From NCBI GenBank assembly GCA_031416075.1, contig JANOSY010000045.1, forward strand, positions 32,001-96,000: a stretch of 64,000 nt of DNA, in the 5' to 3' direction. The notes below the pieces were generated by a model. It was given only the letters and a program-made list of their open reading frames with translations. It was not told where the DNA came from and made no database searches. Made by a program: the position numbers and the translations under genes. Positions 1-10,450 of this stretch are shown here, piece by piece. The DNA is from Candidatus Tenderia sp. (GTDB taxonomy: Bacteria > Pseudomonadota > Gammaproteobacteria > Tenderiales > Tenderiaceae). Each line of letters starts with the position of its first letter. Positions within the stretch are counted from its first letter, which is position 1.

Positions 1-983
1 AACAGTTTGAGCGGTGAAAAATAGAACGCATGGTCAAGAACGGGGTAAGGGGCAAGTGCCACATCAAACTGGCGAATCAACGCACTCACCTCCAGATGTG
101 GCAATGAACCGGTAAAGATTACATGGGCGTCTATATTGCGGGCAGAAAAGGCGCTCTCCAGCTCTGCACGCAGCGGCCCCTCACCCACAATCACCAGCCG
201 CAATTGCGGATAACGCGCAACCAACCGCTCCACCAGTAACGGCAAGGCTTGAACACCGTGCCACGGCCTCAGCCCCCCCACAAACCCAAGCACCGGCCCA
301 CTCCCCAACGCAAATTTTGCATGCAACTCAGGGTTGCGCGGCGCTGGATAAAACAGTTCAACATCAACACCGTTTGGCAACACCTGTACCCGCGCCTCCG
401 GCACCTCCAGAGAGAGCACATAATCACGCAGCGGTGCCGAGACGGCAAAGATCGCATCGGCACGGGTCAGCGCCCAACGTTCAGACTGCGCTGCCAGTTT
501 TCCCAGACCTGTCGCCCGGTAAGCAGACTGCTCCAGTGCCAATGGTGCGTTAAGTTCAACAAGCAGAGGGATATTAAGTCTCTGGGCAAGATGCACCCCC
601 GCCGTAGCATAAAGCGCGGCCCGCTCAAGAATAAAATCGGGGGCATGATTGCGAAAACGGCGCTCCAACTGCCCCACCAGTTGCTGATTATAAAGAATAC
701 GTCGCAACTCACCCGGCAACGAGTTTTCAACACCGATTGAATCATTAAACGTTGTCAGCCCAAGCACCGCCTGCGACACCTCAGGAGAAGGTGGCAGATG
801 CATCACCTCCACACTCACTGGCTGTGACGCTTCCCAGGGATCTTTATTCAACGCAGGTGCCGCCAGCACAACTGAATGGCCAGCACGCTGTAACGCCTCA
901 CTCATCACCCGCATGTGTACTGCTGCGCCCTTGCGTCCCAGCACAGGGATACCCAGATCACTACACAGATAGAGAATTTTCAT
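1..983 (-). CDS. GT4-family glycosyltransferase (3' end runs off the window)
   Basis: Not in the ORF track. Manual reading from ATG at 983 gives MKILYLCSDLGIPVLGRKGAAVHMR; in the same frame at the left edge ...QFDVALAPYPVLDHAFYFSPLKL, a typical GT-B/GT4 donor-binding region. Confidence 0.85.
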   Translation of the reverse strand, partial: MKILYLCSDLGIPVLGRKGAAVHMRVMSEALQRAGHSVVLAAPALNKDPWEASQPVSVEVMHLPPSPEVSQAVLGLTTFNDSIGVENSLPGELRRILYNQQLVGQLERRFRNHAPDFILERAALYATAGVHLAQRLNIPLLVELNAPLALEQSAYRATGLGKLAAQSERWALTRADAIFAVSAPLRDYVLSLEVPEARVQVLPNGVDVELFYPAPRNPELHAKFALGSGPVLGFVGGLRPWHGVQALPLLVERLVARYPQLRLVIVGEGPLRAELESAFSARNIDAHVIFTGSLPHLEVSALIRQFDVALAPYPVLDHAFYFSPLKL

Positions 984-1080
984 TTTTAATATCTGCTCTT
1001 AATATTGAGCATTGATGGCACACCATTGCCCGCTACCAGCACTGGCTGGCGCGGTCCAAAAATAAAACATGGCCACGCTC

Positions 1081-2286
1081 TCAACAGCCACTCACAGCAC
1101 TAGCACTAAAATGGGTCACCAGCTGCTTTACATTTTCAGCCGCATTAAATTGGCGCACCACCTTCTCGCGGCCCCCGTTGCCCAACCGCTGTCGCAGCGT
1201 CGGTGACTGCAGTAATTCGGTAAGCACAGCGGCCAATCCGATTGCATCACGCTCCTCCACTAACATGCCTGTTTGGCCATGATCAATAATTTCGGGAATC
1301 CCTGTCACACGGGTAGAGACCACAGGCAACCCAAGTGCCATCGCCTCCAGCAACACCGTTGGCAACCCATCACGATTACCATCATCACCAACCACACAGG
1401 GCAGCGCAAACAACGTCGCACGCCTCAGCAGCGCAATCACATCCGCCTGAGTCATCGACCCAACCAGCTTAATCTCATCACCCATCTCATAACCAGCAAT
1501 CAGCAGCTCAAGAGCATCACGCTCCTCACCATCACCCACAATCGTGCAGTTAAACCGCATTCCTTGTTGTTTTAATACAAAACAGGCGTGAATCAAATAT
1601 TCAAATCCCTTTTTTTCCACAAGACGTCCGACACCAACAATTAAACCGGACTCTGGCGCAAGTAACTGTGGCACAAACAGATCAAGGTCAATGCCGTTAT
1701 AAAGACGTTTTATTCGGCCAGACAACCCTAATGCAGCAAGAAGATCATCAAGGTATTTTTTATTAAAATCACTCACCGTCACAACCGATTGCGCCCGCGA
1801 CAGCTTCCATGCCAGACGTTCTCTGTTCACATCATCATGAAAAATATCCTTGGCATGTGCGGTAAAACTAAAGGGGATACCGGTAAGCGCATGGGTATAA
1901 CAGGCAACGTCGCTCGCCCAAGTGGCAAAATGGGCATGTAGATGATCAACACCAAGCTGCTCTACCAAAGGGGCAAGTAACGCGGCATCAAGCACCGTAC
2001 GTGCACCCTCTACATCCACAGGTCTTGCTACAGGTGCCACCGCACTCTCACCATTCGCCTGATGCTGAAAAATCCATTCACGCTTGGAGGTACGTGGCAA
2101 ATAGTAAACAGGCACATCAAGCTGGCGGGTCTTTTCATGTAGCAACTCTTCACCTGCATTTTTCTGTGCAAATATCGTTACCTCAATACCAAGACGTCTT
2201 AGCTCAAGCATCTCTGTCACGATAAACGTTTCCGAAAGACGAGGGTAACGCTTAAGGATGTAACCCACATGCAATGGTTTACTCAT
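1081..2286 (-). CDS. GT4 glycosyltransferase (WcaL-like)
   Basis: YILKRYPRLSETFI, HLHAHFA, FTAHAKDIF, VGRLVEKKG and DGLPTVLLEAMALG motifs. Confidence 0.9.
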   Translation of the reverse strand: MSKPLHVGYILKRYPRLSETFIVTEMLELRRLGIEVTIFAQKNAGEELLHEKTRQLDVPVYYLPRTSKREWIFQHQANGESAVAPVARPVDVEGARTVLDAALLAPLVEQLGVDHLHAHFATWASDVACYTHALTGIPFSFTAHAKDIFHDDVNRERLAWKLSRAQSVVTVSDFNKKYLDDLLAALGLSGRIKRLYNGIDLDLFVPQLLAPESGLIVGVGRLVEKKGFEYLIHACFVLKQQGMRFNCTIVGDGEERDALELLIAGYEMGDEIKLVGSMTQADVIALLRRATLFALPCVVGDDGNRDGLPTVLLEAMALGLPVVSTRVTGIPEIIDHGQTGMLVEERDAIGLAAVLTELLQSPTLRQRLGNGGREKVVRQFNAAENVKQLVTHFSASAVSGC

Positions 2287-3611
2287 TAAAACACCCCCTT
2301 GACAGGGCGAACCCTGCTGCGACGATCGCTATTTTTACGCCGCTCCAATGATGTAGTAACAGAATCTCCTATCTTCATAGACGCACGATCTCTATTGGAA
2401 AAATCGGCCATGTTCACCATCTCTTGCCGTTTATCCAGCAACTCGATCAAAATACGGCTCGACGTTGCTGCACCCATCATATTCAGTCCCGCAGACGATG
2501 GCTGTGCGGGGTTGCACTCCAGCATATTTCTCCTCACTTCAATCAAGAGGCGTTCTACTGTCAACTCATTTGGGTGAATCATACAAACCAGATTACGCGC
2601 AGCCAGACGTTCAGCACGGATCAACTGTTCACGCCGGGGAACAACACGCGGCACAATAATCGCACGTCGACCGTACCCCATAATCTCCATCACCGTATTG
2701 TAACCACCCATAGTGACAACCAAATCAGCAATGCTCAAATAACTCGAAAGATGTGGTGTAAAAATCTTAAATGTTACAGGAGAGTCAACTGCTGCTGCAC
2801 GTTGCTCCAACAAGTGGGATTCGGAAACGGCCATTTGTGGCCCAGTCACAATCAGTGAATGAAACGCCGCTGGCTCAGGCAGATCTGCCAACATCTCGAG
2901 GTAAGTTTTAATAATATGAAACCCATCACCGCCACCGCCTGCGGTCACCAATACCAATTTCTCTGTCTCTATCCCCAACTTTTTGCGCAGCTCATTGGCA
3001 GAAAGATGGTGTTCATCTCCATCAAAAACATAACCACAGGGATATATTTTATTTTCAATCACAGGGGAAAGACCGTACTCAACAACGGGATCAAACACCT
3101 CACGCTCACCGTACAATAGAATGGCATCGTAACTCTCCGCCAACAACTGGTAGATATTTTCTTCTCGCCAGTCACGACATGTAATTTCAGAGGCGTCTTC
3201 AATATCACGCATCCCCAATACCAGCAGCGTATGAGGGGATGATTTTTTAAGATAATGCAGTGGGCGCACCATCTCACCATTCAATCCCGCTGGGGCTTTA
3301 TCAACCAGCATCAGATCAGGATTGAAATGGCTGATAGTGCTCATGATGATGCTCTCCCGTAAGGAAGAGACAGCCTCAAGTGAGCCGTGTAAATGGGGGG
3401 AGTGATATTCGCCGTTCGTTTTTTTTCGAAGGGTAGGTAACTTCACACAGTCTACATGAGGCGGCCACTCATACGCACCGAACTGGGCGGAACCCGTCAG
3501 CACCATCTGTGCCACACCTGGCTGATCATGTGCGAGTTGCCTGACTATCGCTAATGTACGGCGTATGTGCCCAAGCCCTAAACTATCATGAGAATAGTGC
3601 AAAACCTTCAT
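2286..3611 (-). CDS. Predicted GT-B glycosyltransferase (COG4671/GT28-like)
   Basis: YSHDSLGLGHIRR, VTAGGGGDG, MGGYNT and VPRVVPRREQLIRA motifs; translationally coupled to the next GT. Confidence 0.85.
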   Translation of the reverse strand: MKVLHYSHDSLGLGHIRRTLAIVRQLAHDQPGVAQMVLTGSAQFGAYEWPPHVDCVKLPTLRKKTNGEYHSPHLHGSLEAVSSLRESIIMSTISHFNPDLMLVDKAPAGLNGEMVRPLHYLKKSSPHTLLVLGMRDIEDASEITCRDWREENIYQLLAESYDAILLYGEREVFDPVVEYGLSPVIENKIYPCGYVFDGDEHHLSANELRKKLGIETEKLVLVTAGGGGDGFHIIKTYLEMLADLPEPAAFHSLIVTGPQMAVSESHLLEQRAAAVDSPVTFKIFTPHLSSYLSIADLVVTMGGYNTVMEIMGYGRRAIIVPRVVPRREQLIRAERLAARNLVCMIHPNELTVERLLIEVRRNMLECNPAQPSSAGLNMMGAATSSRILIELLDKRQEMVNMADFSNRDRASMKIGDSVTTSLERRKNSDRRSRVRPVKGVF

Positions 3612-4354
3612 TCTTACCCTCCAGGGCCTGCACGTCTGATACGCAAATATATTAAGGAGAAGTTAAACAGCCGTGATCATGAATGGCACCTCAAGGCTGC
3701 CCGATCGTAAAGAAACATACTCCAATGCGATGCTATATTTCAGCACAAACATGATGACTGACTATATTTCAAATTCATTAAAAATGTCAAGGATTCATGC
3801 TATCAACTCCACACCCTAAACCCATTTAATCATCCACCTCGACCAAATCACTTTAAATGTTAAAAGTTAATGCCATTACAGAAAAAAACAAGACATAACG
3901 GAATGCTCATTTTTATAGCTTTCTATTTTTTATTATTACATTTTTAAAAAGTTTCCATCACAGCACAAAAACCACTCAACACATTAAAGATTGTTAATAT
4001 TGACCACGCATGCGAGAAACCCATGATGACAAAAACATTCGTCCTTAAAAACGTCAAAACAAAAAGATGCATTGCCAAAATGTAAACATCCGGAAACAAT
4101 ATCAACACAACCAAAATGAAATATTGGAATACAATGTTTATCTTATGGAAAAGGTGCAAAACTATTCGATGTACTTGGCTCAGGGCATATTATTCGGGCT
4201 GAGGACCCAGCAAAAAACAGAATGGATGGTGACTATTTACATCACACCCATTCAGAAGTGAAGGCGGACAGATAGATAGGAGGAACATTCATGGTACAAA
4301 ATGTACTAGGCGATCTATTCCAGAACTTGGAAAAACACACAAAAAACAAAATAT

Positions 4355-4388
4355 AAAAAGCCCACGCCTACATGATCGTAGAGTGGGC
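4355..4388 (-). terminator. Rho-independent terminator downstream of parE
   Basis: Minus strand reads GCCCACTCTACG-ATCA-TGTAGGCGTGGGC followed by TTTTT. Confidence 0.6.
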
Positions 4389-4501
4389 ATTAAAAAACAG
4401 GCCAATCAAACGCTCTGAAATTTTGGACCGACTGGATAGTTTTACATCAAACACACTATCACTTGCCAAAGCAGATCACGGTGCAGGGGCAGCCACCAAC
4501 A

Positions 4502-6394
4502 TTAGATAGCAATATCCGCCATATTCCCCTTGGCCTCGATCCACACCTTACGATCAGCAGCCCGTTTTTTGGCCAGCAGCATATCCATAATCTGGTAAGA
4601 GTCATCATCTCCATCCAGGGTGAGCTGCACCAGTCGCCGGGTATCGGGGTTGATGGTGGTTTCGCGCAGCTGCAGCGGGTTCATCTCCCCTAGCCCTTTA
4701 AAGCGCTGAATGCCAATCTTGCCTTTCAATTTTTCAGCGGCGATACGATCAAGAATACCGAGTTTTTCCGACTCATCCAGGGCGTAGAAGACCTGCTTGC
4801 CCACATCAATACGGAACAGTGGTGGCATGGCAACATAGATGTGACCGGCATCCACCAGTGGCCGAAAGTGGCGTAGGAACAACGCACACAACAGCGTGGC
4901 GATGTGGGCACCGTCGGAGTCGGCATCGGCAAGGATGCAGACCTTGCCGTAGCGCAACCCTTTGAGATCCTCCGAGCCTGGCTCCACGCCAATGGCAACC
5001 GAGATATCATGCACCTCCTGTGACCCTAATACCTCGTTGGAGTCCACCTCCCAGGTATTAAGGATCTTGCCACGTAGCGGCATGATCGCCTGGAACTCGC
5101 GGTTGCGGGCCTGCTTGGCGGAGCCACCGGCGGAGTCCCCCTCCACCAGAAAGAGTTCGGTGCGGTCGATATCCTGCGATGAGCAGTCGGCCAGTTTGCC
5201 CGGCAGGGCTGGGCCGGCGGTTACTTTTTTACGGATCACCTTTTTACCCGCCCGCATCCGCGCGTGGGCGTTGTTGATGGCAAGCATGGCCAGCTGTTCA
5301 CCCACATCGGTGTGTTGGTTGAGCCAGAGGCTGAAGGCATCTTTGACCACGCCGGAGACAAACGCGGCACACTCCCGCGACGAGAGTCGCTCCTTGGTCT
5401 GGCCGCTGAACTGTGGGTCGGCCAGCTTAACCGAGAGCACATAACTGCAACGCTCCCAGACATCTTCCGGTGCCAGCTTGACGCCACGTGGCAGCAGGTT
5501 ACGGAATTCGCAGAACTCGCGGATGGCGTCGGTCAGACCGGTACGCAATCCATTCACATGGGTGCCGCCTTGGGCGGTGGGGATGAGATTGACGTAACTC
5601 TCCGTCACCATCTCGCCCCCTTCCGGCAGCCAGGCGATGGCCCAATCGGCCGCTTCACGGGTGGCCGCCATGCTGCCAACAAACAGCTCCTGCGGCAGCA
5701 GCGGCCACCCTTGCAGCGCGCCACCGAGGTAGTCACTCAGGCCATCTTCGTAGTGCCACTCTTCGCGCTCGCCCGACTGCTCATCAAAAAAGCTGACCCG
5801 CAGACCGGGGCAGAGCACGGCCTTGGCGCGCAACACGTGCTTGAGGCGCGAGACTGAAAACTTCGGTGAATCGAAATATTTGGGGTCGGCCCAGAAACGC
5901 ACGCGAGTGCCGGTATTGGCCTTGCCGACCTTGCCCACTACTTCCAGATCAGAGATCTTTTCGCTATCACCAAAAACGATCTTGTACTCTTCGCCATTGC
6001 GTTTAACCCACACCTCGAGCCGTTTGGAGAGGGCGTTGACCACCGAGATACCGACCCCATGCAGCCCACCGGAAAACTGATAACTCTTGTTGGAAAACTT
6101 GCCACCGGCGTGCAGCTTGGTGAGGATCACCTCAACGCCGGGGATGCCCTCTTCCGGGTGAATATCTACCGGCATACCACGGCCATCGTCCTGCACCTCG
6201 AGCGACCCATCTTTATATAGGGTTATATCGATCTGCTTGGCATGACCCGCCATCGCCTCATCGACACTGTTGTCGATCACCTCCTGGGCCAGATGGTTGG
6301 GGCGGGTGGTATCGGTATACATGCCGGGGCGTTTGCGTACCGGTTCCAGGCCGCTGAGGACCTCTATGGCGGAAGCGTCGTAATTGCTGCTCAT
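4502..6394 (-). CDS. parE: DNA topoisomerase IV subunit B
   Basis: MSSNYDASAIEVLSGLEPVRKRPGMY, EVIDNSVDE, LVEGDSAGGSAKQ, DADSDG, RFKGLGEMN. ~630 aa with no GyrB insertion. Start trimmed from 6499 to 6394. Confidence 0.95.
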   Translation of the reverse strand: MSSNYDASAIEVLSGLEPVRKRPGMYTDTTRPNHLAQEVIDNSVDEAMAGHAKQIDITLYKDGSLEVQDDGRGMPVDIHPEEGIPGVEVILTKLHAGGKFSNKSYQFSGGLHGVGISVVNALSKRLEVWVKRNGEEYKIVFGDSEKISDLEVVGKVGKANTGTRVRFWADPKYFDSPKFSVSRLKHVLRAKAVLCPGLRVSFFDEQSGEREEWHYEDGLSDYLGGALQGWPLLPQELFVGSMAATREAADWAIAWLPEGGEMVTESYVNLIPTAQGGTHVNGLRTGLTDAIREFCEFRNLLPRGVKLAPEDVWERCSYVLSVKLADPQFSGQTKERLSSRECAAFVSGVVKDAFSLWLNQHTDVGEQLAMLAINNAHARMRAGKKVIRKKVTAGPALPGKLADCSSQDIDRTELFLVEGDSAGGSAKQARNREFQAIMPLRGKILNTWEVDSNEVLGSQEVHDISVAIGVEPGSEDLKGLRYGKVCILADADSDGAHIATLLCALFLRHFRPLVDAGHIYVAMPPLFRIDVGKQVFYALDESEKLGILDRIAAEKLKGKIGIQRFKGLGEMNPLQLRETTINPDTRRLVQLTLDGDDDSYQIMDMLLAKKRAADRKVWIEAKGNMADIAI

Positions 6395-6554
6395 GGCGAA
6401 GTTCTTGTATTCCTGTTGTTTCTGAAGAAATAAGGGCGGCAAATGTAACATGACCGCCGCCGCTGGAACAGGTTGATTGCCATTCACGCAGTGGCCCAAA
6501 GGGGATGCCGACGGCCAAATCTATGTAGAATGGGACCACGCAACCCCTTGAGCA

Positions 6555-7877
6555 ATGGAGTACTTCATGCCCGGCAAGATGACTATGACCACTAAAATCC
6601 TGATCTGGATGAGCGCCGGCCTGGTAGTTGGCAGTCTGATTAACGCCACCCTGAGCCAGGTCGAATGGGTCCAGAGCTACTTGGTCAACGGTCTGTTCCA
6701 GGTCGCCGGGGCCCTCTTCATCAACCTGCTCAATATGCTGGTAGTGCCACTGGTCACCTTCTCCCTGCTCTGTGGCATCTGCGGACTTAGGGATATCAAC
6801 ACACTGGGGCGGGTCGGGTTCAAAACATTTTTACTCTTTATATTCACCACTGCGCTGGCCATCACCCTGGCCATCGTGGTGGCGACCCTGATTGGCCCCG
6901 GCCAGGGGTTTGAGCTGAGCAGCAGCGCCACCAGTGGTTTTGTTGCCCCTGCCTCGCCGCCGTTGACACAGGTGATCACCGACCTGATTCCCACCAACCC
7001 TGTCAACGCCTACGCCAGTGGCGACATGTTGCAGATCATCTTTTTCACCGTGCTGTTTGGCCTCTGTGTCCTGATGTTGGGTAAACGCGCCCAGCCCATC
7101 ATCGACCTGAGTGAACTGCTCAACGAGGTGATGATGAAGCTTGTTAACGTGGTGATGCAGGTTGCCCCTTACGGAATTTTTGCCCTGATGGCCAAGACCT
7201 TTGCGCTTCAGGGCATCAGCCTGATCCTGCCCATGATCAGCTACTTCGGCGCCGTGGTGCTGGCGCTGGTGCTGCACCTCACCGGTACCATGATGCTGTT
7301 GCTGCATACCCTGGGCCGGGTCAATGTCTGGACCTTCATGAAAAAGATACGTGCCACCCAGCTGTTTGCCTTCTCCACCTCCAGCTCCAACGCCACCATC
7401 CCGGTCACGCTCACCAGCGTCGAAAAACGGCTTGGCGTGGACAACGCCACCGCCTCTTTTGTGGTGCCGCTTGGCGCCACCATCAATATGGATGGCACGG
7501 CCATCATGCAGGGGGTGGCAACGGTATTCATCGCCAATGTCTACGGCATCGAGCTGGGGCTGAGCGGCTATCTCATCGTCATCTTTATGGCGATACTCGC
7601 CTCTATCGGCACCGCCGGGGTACCCGGCGTCGGTCTGATCATGCTCGCCATGGTGCTCAACCAGGTTGGCCTGCCGGTGGAGGGCATCGCCCTGATCATG
7701 GGGATCGACCGGTTGCTGGATATGATGCGTACCGCCGTCAACGTCACTGGCGACGCTGTTGTCGCCGTTATCGTCGCCCGCTCTGAAAACAGCCTGGATT
7801 TGAACATTTATAATGATGCCAATGCCGGTCTGGTCGAAGAAGTTGAGTTGCCACACAAGGACGACAAGCCGGTTTGA
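6555..7877 (+). CDS. Dicarboxylate/amino acid:cation symporter (DAACS, GltP-like)
   Basis: AFSTSSSNATIP, GATINMDGTA, ASIGTAGVPG and DRLLDMMRTAVNVTGD motifs. Confidence 0.93.
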   Translation: MEYFMPGKMTMTTKILIWMSAGLVVGSLINATLSQVEWVQSYLVNGLFQVAGALFINLLNMLVVPLVTFSLLCGICGLRDINTLGRVGFKTFLLFIFTTALAITLAIVVATLIGPGQGFELSSSATSGFVAPASPPLTQVITDLIPTNPVNAYASGDMLQIIFFTVLFGLCVLMLGKRAQPIIDLSELLNEVMMKLVNVVMQVAPYGIFALMAKTFALQGISLILPMISYFGAVVLALVLHLTGTMMLLLHTLGRVNVWTFMKKIRATQLFAFSTSSSNATIPVTLTSVEKRLGVDNATASFVVPLGATINMDGTAIMQGVATVFIANVYGIELGLSGYLIVIFMAILASIGTAGVPGVGLIMLAMVLNQVGLPVEGIALIMGIDRLLDMMRTAVNVTGDAVVAVIVARSENSLDLNIYNDANAGLVEEVELPHKDDKPV

Positions 7878-7940
7878 CCGGCAACGGAACTCTGAGTAAA
7901 GTGTGCCGCCGATCCAACACCGCAACAGGAAGCCCTCATC

Positions 7941-8177
7941 TTGGCCAAAAAGAGTAGCAAACAGCCCGATTTTGAGACCGCCCTGGCGGAGCTGGAGAGT
8001 CTGGTAGAGACCATGGAACAGGGGGACCTCTCGCTGGAGGAGTCGCTCAAACAGTTTGAGCGTGGCATCACCCTTACCCGTGGCTGCCAGTCATCCCTGA
8101 AAGAGGCAGAACAGAAGGTTCAGATTCTGCTCAACCAGAATGGTGAGCCCGAACCGTTTGAAGGGGGCGACGAATGA
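7941..8177 (+). CDS. xseB: Exodeoxyribonuclease VII small subunit
   Basis: [32 protein letters not shown]; TTG start; upstream of ispA. Confidence 0.95.
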   Translation: MAKKSSKQPDFETALAELESLVETMEQGDLSLEESLKQFERGITLTRGCQSSLKEAEQKVQILLNQNGEPEPFEGGDE

Positions 8178-9088
8178 ACAATCCCAACAGCAGCCCAGGC
8201 CAACTCAAAACCCTGCTATCGGGGTATCAGAGCCGCGTCGAAAAGAGCCTTAATCACTGGCTACCTGCCCCCCAACTTGCACCGCAACGGCTACACGAAG
8301 CGATGCGCTACTCAGCACTCGACGGCGGCAAACGGGTGCGCCCGTTTCTGGTCTACGCCACCGGCCGGGCGCTGGGGGCAACGTTAGAGCAGCTCGACGG
8401 TCCCGCCAGCGCGGTGGAGCTGATCCACGTCTACTCCTTGATTCACGACGACCTGCCCGCCATGGACAACGACGATCTGCGCCGTGGCAAACCAACAAAC
8501 CACAAAGCCTTTGGTGAAGCGATGGCAATCCTGGCTGGCGATGCGATTCAATCCCTCGCCTTCCACATCCTCGCCGATGACGGCGCCATCGACATCAGCG
8601 CCGAACGCCGCCTGCAGATGGTCAATACCCTCGCCCACGCCAGCGGCTCACGTGGCATGTGTGGTGGTCAGGCCATCGACCTTGAAGCCGTTGGTCAGCA
8701 GCTCGACCTGCCCGCGCTGGAGAACATGCACATCCACAAAACCGGCGCCCTGATCCGTGCCAGCGTCACCCTTGGTGCGCTCTGTTGTGCCAAAAGCAGT
8801 GAAGTGCAGTGCAAACAGCTAGATCACTACGCTAAATGCATCGGCCTGGCCTTCCAGATTCAAGACGACATTCTCGACATCGAAGGTGATACCGCCACCC
8901 TCGGCAAACCCCAAGGCTCGGACATCGCCCGTGACAAACCCACCTACCCCGCCCTGCTGGGACTAGAAGGTGCCAAGCAGCGCGCCCAGGAGCTATACAA
9001 CGAAGCGCTCAGCAGCCTGGCCGACTTTGACCACCATGCCGATCCGCTACGCTGGATGGCGAAGTACATCGTCTCACGCAACCAATAG
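8174..9088 (+). CDS. ispA: Farnesyl diphosphate synthase
   Basis: [25 protein letters not shown] and FQIQDDILD motifs. Confidence 0.95.
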   Translation: MNNPNSSPGQLKTLLSGYQSRVEKSLNHWLPAPQLAPQRLHEAMRYSALDGGKRVRPFLVYATGRALGATLEQLDGPASAVELIHVYSLIHDDLPAMDNDDLRRGKPTNHKAFGEAMAILAGDAIQSLAFHILADDGAIDISAERRLQMVNTLAHASGSRGMCGGQAIDLEAVGQQLDLPALENMHIHKTGALIRASVTLGALCCAKSSEVQCKQLDHYAKCIGLAFQIQDDILDIEGDTATLGKPQGSDIARDKPTYPALLGLEGAKQRAQELYNEALSSLADFDHHADPLRWMAKYIVSRNQ

Positions 9089-9095
9089 CAACCCT

Positions 9096-9656
9096 CTACA
9101 CCAGCAACCCTGACAGATTAATAATGTTTCTTGCCACGTCAGCAATACGTCTGTTCTGGTCCATGGCGGCTTTACGCAACGCCTGGTAGGCACCCTCCTC
9201 ATCACACCCTTTCTGTTTCATGATGATGCCCTTGGCACGGTCAATCTCCTTACGCTCTTCCAGCTCCTGGCGACTCTTATAGAGTTGCAGCCGTAACGCC
9301 TCCACCTGCTGGTAGCGGGCCTGCGCCAGCTCAATCACTGCACTGATGCGCTCTTGTTTAAAGCCATTCACCACGTAAGCGCTCACGCCCGCGTTAATCA
9401 CCGCGGCGGTATCAATTTCACCCTGTGCCTCTGCAAATACCACCACCGGCACTCCAAACAGATGTAACTCTTTTAACATCTCCTTTTTAATCGTAGTGAT
9501 GCTCAGAATCACCAGTTCAACGGCGTTGTCACCCAGGCGATAGGCGTATCCATCCTGTAAACCCTCTTTACCGACCAACTGATGATCCGCCGCCAGCACC
9601 GCTGCCGCCAGCGCTGTCGTCTGTTGTTGTGCCTCTGAAATCAGCAATACTTTCAT
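9096..9656 (-). CDS. nasT: ANTAR-domain antiterminator, NasT-like
   Basis: AGVSAYVV and LEERKEIDRAKGIIM...EEGAYQALRKAAMDQN (ANTAR). The N-terminal receiver-like domain lacks an obvious phospho-Asp. Confidence 0.8.
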   Translation of the reverse strand: MKVLLISEAQQQTTALAAAVLAADHQLVGKEGLQDGYAYRLGDNAVELVILSITTIKKEMLKELHLFGVPVVVFAEAQGEIDTAAVINAGVSAYVVNGFKQERISAVIELAQARYQQVEALRLQLYKSRQELEERKEIDRAKGIIMKQKGCDEEGAYQALRKAAMDQNRRIADVARNIINLSGLLV

Positions 9657-9697
9657 TTACTCTACACCCTTCAAACTTAAACCACTCAATAGCACTG

Positions 9698-9713
9698 AGC
9701 AAGGCGTATGCCA
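9698..9713 (-). promoter_or_regulatory. sigma54 (-24/-12) promoter for the nasT-like gene
   Basis: Minus strand TGGCAT-ACGCC-TTGCT matches TGGCAC-N5-TTGCW, ~40 bp upstream of the ATG. Confidence 0.75.
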
Positions 9714-9908
9714 CATCTAAAAAACAGAACATCATCGAATAAACAATGTGTTACAGAACAAGCGTAATAACCATCCCGCGCAATACATGCACCAATGCAG
9801 CGCGATAATACCCGCTGCGCACCCCTTTGAACGGAAGTAACGCGCCTTGTAGGTAGAAGTTAGAGCTGACTATAATGCGCCATCTTTTTTGAGTGGATAC
9901 CTACCGCC

Positions 9909-10427
9909 ATGTCTGACCACAACCCACTGCAGATCGCCATCCTCACCGTCTCTGATACCCGTACTGAGGAGAACGACCACTCTGGCAACTACCTGGCGGA
10001 GGCCATCACCATCGCCGGCCACCAACTGTATGAAAAGCTGATCCTGGTTGATAACCGCTACAGAATCCGGGCAGCGCTATCCCAATGGATTGCCGCGCCA
10101 GAGGTTCGGGTAGTATTAATCACCGGGGGCACCGGCTTCACTGACCGTGATGTCACCCCTGAAGCTATCGCCCCGCTGCTGGATAAAACAATCCCCGGCT
10201 TTGGCGAACTGTTCCGCCAGCTCTCCTACGAAGAGATTGGCAGCTCCACCATCCAGTCACGCGCCATCGCCGGCATTGCCAATGGCACCTTCATCTTCTG
10301 CCTGCCCGGCTCCTCGGGCGCATGCCGCACCGGCTGGGAGCAGATCATCAAACGGCAGCTCGACAGCTCCAACCAACCCTGCAACATCATTGAGATGCTG
10401 CCACGCATCACCGTCAATTCAAAATAG
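9909..10427 (+). CDS. moaB: Molybdenum cofactor biosynthesis protein B
   Basis: [31 protein letters not shown] and QSRA motifs. Confidence 0.93.
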   Translation: MSDHNPLQIAILTVSDTRTEENDHSGNYLAEAITIAGHQLYEKLILVDNRYRIRAALSQWIAAPEVRVVLITGGTGFTDRDVTPEAIAPLLDKTIPGFGELFRQLSYEEIGSSTIQSRAIAGIANGTFIFCLPGSSGACRTGWEQIIKRQLDSSNQPCNIIEMLPRITVNSK

Positions 10428-10450
10428 ACCAACGCCGGAGCGGCACCACC

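Noticed and set aside
249-1015. Short ORFs in the track at the left edge
   Set aside because: Shadows of the GT4 gene at <1-983 (-), which the track missed because its stop is outside the window.
3944-4261. 71-aa and 64-aa ORFs in the AT-rich gap
   Set aside because: No recognisable motif; low-complexity translation of A/T-rich DNA.
4502-6499. Possible gyrB, or N-terminally extended parE
   Set aside because: Length and motifs fit ParE; the first 35 codons are non-homologous upstream sequence.
6831-7925. 364-aa antisense ORF (likewise 12964-14010, 16144-17256, 38484-39224, 59972-60856)
   Set aside because: Antisense shadows of well-supported genes, expected from codon bias.
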